A stretch of 64,000 nt of DNA from a virus (Duplodnaviria; Caudoviricetes): positions 64,001 to 128,000 of the IMG/VR virus record IMGVR_UViG_3300011008_000016. One strand, given 5' to 3'. Within the stretch, counting starts at the first letter, position 1, and each line of letters starts with the position of its first letter. Shown here piece after piece: positions 58,737 through 64,000 of this stretch. A program made the translations under genes and the position numbers. The notes under the pieces were generated by a model. That model saw only the letters and a program-made list of their open reading frames with translations, did no database searches and was not told the DNA's origin.

Positions 58737-59040
58737 TAGACATCCTCCTCTGTTTTTTGTGAATCAACGTAAATATCAATTACGCAATATTTTGGAAACC
58801 CAACAATTTTACCTCGAATCATGTTTGATTCGGGTTTACTGTTTTCATCTGGGACAAATTCATATTTCATATCAATTGATTTGTCGCTGTATCGTTCACA
58901 CAAATTATGAATTAACGACATTATATAATCATATTGATTTTGACCTTCCGCTTCCTGTGCATCACATTATGAACATATGAAGCAAATGTCTGTTCTCTCA
59001 TATAATCATCCGTATAGATTGATGGTAACATTAAACTCAT
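58736..59040 (-). pseudogene. small gene probably frameshifted near 58960
   Basis: MSLMLPSIY...HNVM from 59040; -1 frame continues AQEAEGQNQYDYIMSLIHNL into ORF 58736-58921. Confidence 0.45.
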
Positions 59041-59124
59041 AACTATTCTCCGTTTTAATCTAAAAAAGATACCGGGAACAAAATTCCCAGTATCTTTTTC
59101 TTTTGAAGTGAATCGGTTTTGCGT

Positions 59125-59394
59125 TTAGCTAACTGTAACTACAGAATAACTCTGCTTATGACAGTCCTGAATCTCCTTGATGATATTCATCGGTACTTCG
59201 CTTGTTCCGTTATCATCAACAAAACGAAGGCATGAACCATCCTGGCTCGTTCCTGTGCAACGAACTTCCTTGAAGACTGCCCCTGATGCTGTTACTACAT
59301 TTATAATGCCATCATTTTCAATGACATATTTGGTCTTGTCTTGACCGTCTTTTACAACGACGGTCGCACCGACACCACGTCGTACACTATTCAT
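59125..59394 (-). CDS. hypothetical protein
   Basis: 89 aa, AAGGAGGT RBS. Confidence 0.7.
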   Translation of the reverse strand: MNSVRRGVGATVVVKDGQDKTKYVIENDGIINVVTASGAVFKEVRCTGTSQDGSCLRFVDDNGTSEVPMNIIKEIQDCHKQSYSVVTVS

Positions 59395-59431
59395 TTGAAT
59401 AACCTCCTTAGTTTTTATTGAGGTGTTCTTC

Positions 59432-60220
59432 TTACATCTTCTCTGTCAAATCGTCACCCTTTGCATTATCCTTCTTGAAAATCTGATTCGGGGTGATATA
59501 CAACGTATAATCAACCGGGTCTCCTTCTTCGATTCCACCTTCCTTACTGATGCCAACCTTCAGCAAGTCGGCAAAGTTGATTTCAACGCCGATTTCTCCA
59601 TCATCCTTATGCTTAATGAGCCACTCCTTTGTCTGTCTAAAGAAGTGAACCACAACAAGCGGTAACAAGAACCACTGATCCGGAGTTGTTAAAATACCAT
59701 AATTCGACAACTCCTTCCAAGCCTCCATCGAAATGTCCTTAATGGTTTCCCTTTCTTCAAAGAACTGAATCGGGAGAGCCGGGCACTTTTCTTCTTCCAA
59801 AATATTCGCTATATCAAGCGGAACTTCATCCTGATAAGGCAAGGATGCATTCTCATACTTGAATTCGCTCCTGCAATGAATAACTGGAGTCAAATTCCCG
59901 AATTTGTCTGCATCAGAAGTTGCTGTATACTGAACTCCCAGCTCCATCAAATCACCGATAACAACAGAGGATTCGCCATCTTTCATTGCATCTGATTTGC
60001 TAATTTTACTGAATGATGCATGAACGAATTCGATAACCATCCTCGGGATTGCTTCCCAAAGCTTTACTTTCTTCAACTCACTGAAGTTGTCATTGAGATA
60101 GTTCTGAGTTGCCTGTGCAATCTCACGAATCTCCGCACGATTGTCGGAGATATCAAGAAGGGGATACTTACGTTCCTTCTCGATATGCTGCTGCTTGATT
60201 TTTTCTTCTAACGAAGTCAT
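59432..60220 (-). CDS. internally duplicated protein, possibly HU/IHF-like
   Basis: two helix-helix-beta-arm units (I+EIA / IKDIS...IGDLMELGV / FADLLKVGI); biased codons; TATATTAA at 60282. Confidence 0.45.
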   Translation of the reverse strand: MTSLEEKIKQQHIEKERKYPLLDISDNRAEIREIAQATQNYLNDNFSELKKVKLWEAIPRMVIEFVHASFSKISKSDAMKDGESSVVIGDLMELGVQYTATSDADKFGNLTPVIHCRSEFKYENASLPYQDEVPLDIANILEEEKCPALPIQFFEERETIKDISMEAWKELSNYGILTTPDQWFLLPLVVVHFFRQTKEWLIKHKDDGEIGVEINFADLLKVGISKEGGIEEGDPVDYTLYITPNQIFKKDNAKGDDLTEKM

Positions 60221-60323
60221 TACTCTTGTCCTCCTTTTATTAACTGAATGTATTGTTCTAACTTCTTTCGAAGCTATAACCTTAATATAGTAATTATCGA
60301 ATTGTTAAATTCTTAATAACTTT

Positions 60324-61202
60324 TTAGACTCCTTCCATATAGGCAGTCGTCATAATTAAGAATCTAACTTCCGTTGATTGTGAAGTATCCAGTAAAGTCA
60401 AATTATCCATGTCTGGTACTGCTACACCATTTGTAGAATACATATTTCGTACAAATGATGTCATTTTGTCATCTGGTTTTTGTTGATGAAAGTTCACATA
60501 TCCTCGAACGATATATCTTTTAAATGGTTCCATATCTTCTGGTTGATTTACTAAAGTAGCAAATAATTGTAAACTTTGATTAAAGAATAAGGACATTGTT
60601 AATATATCCGTTTTATGACAAAACGTTATACCGAATGCCCGAACGAGATTATACGGACTTTTATAATCCAACATAAATAAAGTAAACCAAGATAACCGAT
60701 ATGTGATTTCATATAAATTAGAAATAGCACATAAGTCGTATGGTGATATGTGAAGAACTGGAATAGCATATCGACGATCGACCGTAGACCAACCAGACGT
60801 AATTAAATCCCTGGTATCTTGTGTCCTATCGTATAAATCTTCTGCTGTTCCCTGTTCTACTACATTGAGATGGAACTGGAAATTGATATCATAAAGTGGA
60901 CCACCAATTACCAGGTTTTCTGATTCTGGAGCTGGTCGTTCACCAATAAATGCAATGTTTACAATAGGGACATGAATACTATAATACTTATCCGTTGTAT
61001 CATCCCACATGAGCATTATAATACCTTCTGTCCCGACACATATTATATGGAATAAATCTGCGAATGTTTTTATATCAAACTCCGCAGCATCATTCCAGTT
61101 TGCTTTCAATACACCATAACACTGTGCAATTAAACCAGATAATGGAGTTTTTATGACTTCTTGGGAGAGCTTATATAATCTCTCTTTATCTTTGTCCTCC
61201 AT
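60324..61202 (-). CDS. hypothetical protein
   Basis: 292 aa, overlaps the ligase stop. Confidence 0.75.
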   Translation of the reverse strand: MEDKDKERLYKLSQEVIKTPLSGLIAQCYGVLKANWNDAAEFDIKTFADLFHIICVGTEGIIMLMWDDTTDKYYSIHVPIVNIAFIGERPAPESENLVIGGPLYDINFQFHLNVVEQGTAEDLYDRTQDTRDLITSGWSTVDRRYAIPVLHISPYDLCAISNLYEITYRLSWFTLFMLDYKSPYNLVRAFGITFCHKTDILTMSLFFNQSLQLFATLVNQPEDMEPFKRYIVRGYVNFHQQKPDDKMTSFVRNMYSTNGVAVPDMDNLTLLDTSQSTEVRFLIMTTAYMEGV

Positions 61203-63471
61203 ATCCCCATTTCTCCTTTGCTTCTGATAATTTTAACATTGGAGTTCCCCATTTCTCTGCTTTTACCATTTTTCCAGATGGTTTTTCCATTGGTTCATCC
61301 GGAATAATCAACCATATAGTATCCTTATTGAATGAATCTCTGACTTCTATATTTTTCTCCTTGAGAAAATCCTCAAACTCCGTTGTATCGTGTGTTGAAG
61401 TAAAACATACAGACCCATCATATTTCCTCTTTTCCTCATATGGAAATATCTCCACTTGATCACAAATATCCTCAATGAGTTCCATTTTATGTTCAATTCC
61501 TTCGATAATCACTTGAGAGTTCTTTGGACCAATACCAGAAATCTTACACATCGGTACAATCAATTCTTCCAGATTACCCAAATTGCCAATTATATTTACA
61601 TTTCGGCAAACCTTTTCCATTGTCTTTAATCCGATTCCGGGAATTCCAATTGCTCCAAGTAATTGATGTGGGTACAAATATCTTGCATCCGAGATACCCA
61701 TAATGATATTTTCTACAGATACATTACCAAGTTTTGGTAATGCACACATTTCATCTTTGTGAAGATAGAGTCTATACAAATCCCCGATAGAATTCAATAG
61801 ACCTTCCTCAACTAACATCGTTATTGTCTCGATTCCAAGACCACCTTTAATGTCCAGTTTTCTTATATAATTCATGATATGTCCAACTAATTTTGCAGGA
61901 CAATCTGAGTTTGGACAAACCTCATCTTTGATTTCTGCACCGCATATCGGGCAATATTCTGGAAATTTAATCAATTCTCCACCAGATTCTTTACAATCCT
62001 TTGGCTTGAAAATTGACGGGATAATGTCATATCTGATGAGAACTTCATCACCTTTATGAAGCTTGAGCCTTTCCAGTTTTGCCTGATTAGAAACAGTCAC
62101 ATTTGAGATTGTATTTCCATTTATAACAATCGGTTTCAATCTTGCAACGGGAGTTAATCTTCCTGCAATTGGACCAACTTGGAAATCGACATCTTCAACG
62201 ATAGTTTTCTTTTCACCAGCCGGAAACTTAAAGGCCACTTGGAACATATTCTTATCATTCTTTCGTCCAAGTAGGTCAATAATATCACCATCCAAGAACG
62301 TAATGACAATTCCATCATATGGTGTGTTATCCGCTTCTGCAATCCCTTTCACACGTTCCATTTCGCCAGATATTACATCAATTGCACTTTCTATATTCGT
62401 TAAATCTATATATACTGGTATAGATTCTGTAAACATATATTGATACCGATCGTTAATCTTACCAATATAATACCATTCACAGCATCTATTTTTAGAATCA
62501 TAAGACATTGGCTTATTTGATGCAATTTGGAAATGTTGCATAAGCAAGTATTGATTCAATCCTTCATCAGTTCCCGAATCATTCTCAGATACATTTGATG
62601 CAGACTGATTGCATATAGACGTAACAGCAGAACGTCTATTACATTTATCTGTCTTCATGGTCTTCTTATATGCTTCAAATTGATTCGTTGGCATATAAGT
62701 TTCAACCTTAACCCCATATTCTGTATTAGGTGGATAACTTATAGTATCTAAGAAAGGTAAAGCCATATCCAACTTTAACCAGCCAAAATCTACTTGTTTA
62801 TTCCTGTCCGGATAGAACTTACAAAATAATGGGGTTATATCTTCTCCAAGATTATTGGTTACATTCCCTCTGGTTAAAATATGTTCAACGGTATTATTTT
62901 TACATTCTATGATATGCGATACACCATCATATTTCAAATCTACCAGAATGGGAATACTTTTTACATCTACTTTGGTTCTATCAAGACCTGCCGCTTTTAT
63001 TTGACGCAGCACATTGTTAAGATACCATTCCAACGATTTTCTTGAATCCTTTGGTGGTACTTCATCATTCCAGAAGAAATGAACTTTTGCTAATGACCCC
63101 CTAAGCTCTGGAAACTTATGAGGTCGTTCCCCAATACCAACGACATTTGATGTAGGGGAACCTATTAATTGTACACCCTCTAAATCAGCATATTTTTCTA
63201 CGAGCATATCATACATTGTATCGGTAATTAATGCTGGTATCTCCATCTCATTCTCAACATAAGAACAGATTTCAATAAACCAGTTTAAACATTCTGAATA
63301 TAAGATTCCTTGTTTATTTGCTGGTAATATATCTTCCTGTAGTAAATACTCACCGAGTTCCTCTGCATCATTTCTGAAACGGTATATCAAGTCTTCAGTA
63401 ACATCGGACATTCGTTCAGTAATACATCGATGAATAGTTGCCACAGATTCAATCATTTTTTCTATAACCAT
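61186..63471 (-). CDS. ligA: NAD-dependent DNA ligase
   Basis: KYDG, LTRG, PYDGIV, AFKFP, OB fold, CPICG..C zinc finger, HhH, BRCT-like tail. Confidence 0.92.
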   Translation of the reverse strand: MVIEKMIESVATIHRCITERMSDVTEDLIYRFRNDAEELGEYLLQEDILPANKQGILYSECLNWFIEICSYVENEMEIPALITDTMYDMLVEKYADLEGVQLIGSPTSNVVGIGERPHKFPELRGSLAKVHFFWNDEVPPKDSRKSLEWYLNNVLRQIKAAGLDRTKVDVKSIPILVDLKYDGVSHIIECKNNTVEHILTRGNVTNNLGEDITPLFCKFYPDRNKQVDFGWLKLDMALPFLDTISYPPNTEYGVKVETYMPTNQFEAYKKTMKTDKCNRRSAVTSICNQSASNVSENDSGTDEGLNQYLLMQHFQIASNKPMSYDSKNRCCEWYYIGKINDRYQYMFTESIPVYIDLTNIESAIDVISGEMERVKGIAEADNTPYDGIVITFLDGDIIDLLGRKNDKNMFQVAFKFPAGEKKTIVEDVDFQVGPIAGRLTPVARLKPIVINGNTISNVTVSNQAKLERLKLHKGDEVLIRYDIIPSIFKPKDCKESGGELIKFPEYCPICGAEIKDEVCPNSDCPAKLVGHIMNYIRKLDIKGGLGIETITMLVEEGLLNSIGDLYRLYLHKDEMCALPKLGNVSVENIIMGISDARYLYPHQLLGAIGIPGIGLKTMEKVCRNVNIIGNLGNLEELIVPMCKISGIGPKNSQVIIEGIEHKMELIEDICDQVEIFPYEEKRKYDGSVCFTSTHDTTEFEDFLKEKNIEVRDSFNKDTIWLIIPDEPMEKPSGKMVKAEKWGTPMLKLSEAKEKWGYGGQR

Positions 63472-63580
63472 GATAACACATACCTCCTTAGTTTATTGTC
63501 TAAAGCTTAATATATATCTAAAAAATATCTATACGAATACAAAAAAGAATAGGGTTACATCTTGTAACCCTATTCCGTTA

Positions 63581-64000
63581 TTAAGCCGGTCGTTCGATTA
63601 TGCTACGTTCCTTAATCTTTTGCTTCATGATGTTGATACCGTCGTTAAAGATACTCTCAGAACGCATTTTTCTTCCAGCATTGACTAAAGCCTTCCCAAG
63701 CCCTGCATATGAACTGGTTCCAGACGTTTCTGACATCGTAGCGTTCACTCTCTGCCGAATTTCCGGCAATTCATTGATGCTTCCGATAAGAATCTTTTCC
63801 ATTGCAGCTTCCGCCTGCTTATTATCACCGTTGCTATCAATCATACTAACAAGTAACCTGAAGTACCGGATAATATCCTCATTCTTTCCAGTTCTTGGTG
63901 CAATCATCATATAAATCGTACTACCCATGATTGCATAGTTGAGTGCTGCATCGTCTCTGTTCTCATCAATCATATCTTCAGTCATACCACTTTCCACAAG
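63581..64000 (-). CDS. hypothetical protein (partial, starts outside window)
   Basis: frame open to the window edge; hairpin AATAGGGTTACA / TGTAACCCTATT downstream. Confidence 0.65.
   Translation of the reverse strand, partial: LVESGMTEDMIDENRDDAALNYAIMGSTIYMMIAPRTGKNEDIIRYFRLLVSMIDSNGDNKQAEAAMEKILIGSINELPEIRQRVNATMSETSGTSSYAGLGKALVNAGRKMRSESIFNDGINIMKQKIKERSIIERPA

Noticed and set aside
4000-63471. Introns or inteins in terminase, RNAP, SbcC or ligase
   Set aside because: ORFs are continuous and no intein or homing-endonuclease motifs were seen.
1-64000. Stop-codon reassignment
   Set aside because: Long genes are intact in the standard code, and TAA, TAG and TGA all terminate genes.

Overview
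This 64 kb window looks like part of an AT-rich jumbo phage of the phiKZ/AR9(PBS1)-like type. The host is probably a Firmicute (GAAAGGAG ribosome-binding sites, SH3b amidase). Head and packaging genes: terminase large subunit, major capsid protein, prohead protease and several head proteins with likely protease sites. Replication and transcription genes: the N-terminal half of a split RNA polymerase beta subunit, SbcC/Rad50, NAD-dependent ligase and RNase HI. Two endolysins are also present. Two promoter classes can be read from the sequence: early-like TATATTAA and late-like NACA-N6-TAA, the latter matching the AR9 non-virion RNAP consensus. The 24.7-36 kb region is a receptor-binding-protein variation locus. 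It holds a complete diversity-generating retroelement (RT, avd, TR, and a VR with 13 adenine-only substitutions) whose target is frameshifted at the VR border. It also holds duplicated tail-gene cassettes, an intact tyrosine recombinase beside an RBS-less silent cassette, and an exact 82-bp copy of the RT catalytic region lying antisense inside a neighbouring gene. Other notable elements: about 800 nt of densely hairpinned non-coding sequence behind two early promoters next to the capsid gene; a Nudix/ART-like/acidic polyprotein coupled to the capsid gene; a sigma4 plus tandem alpha-CTD early operon; and a SLOG-PARG-MazG operon. Family calls come from motifs read by eye; no searches were run. 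Several -1 frameshifts could be sequencing or assembly errors.
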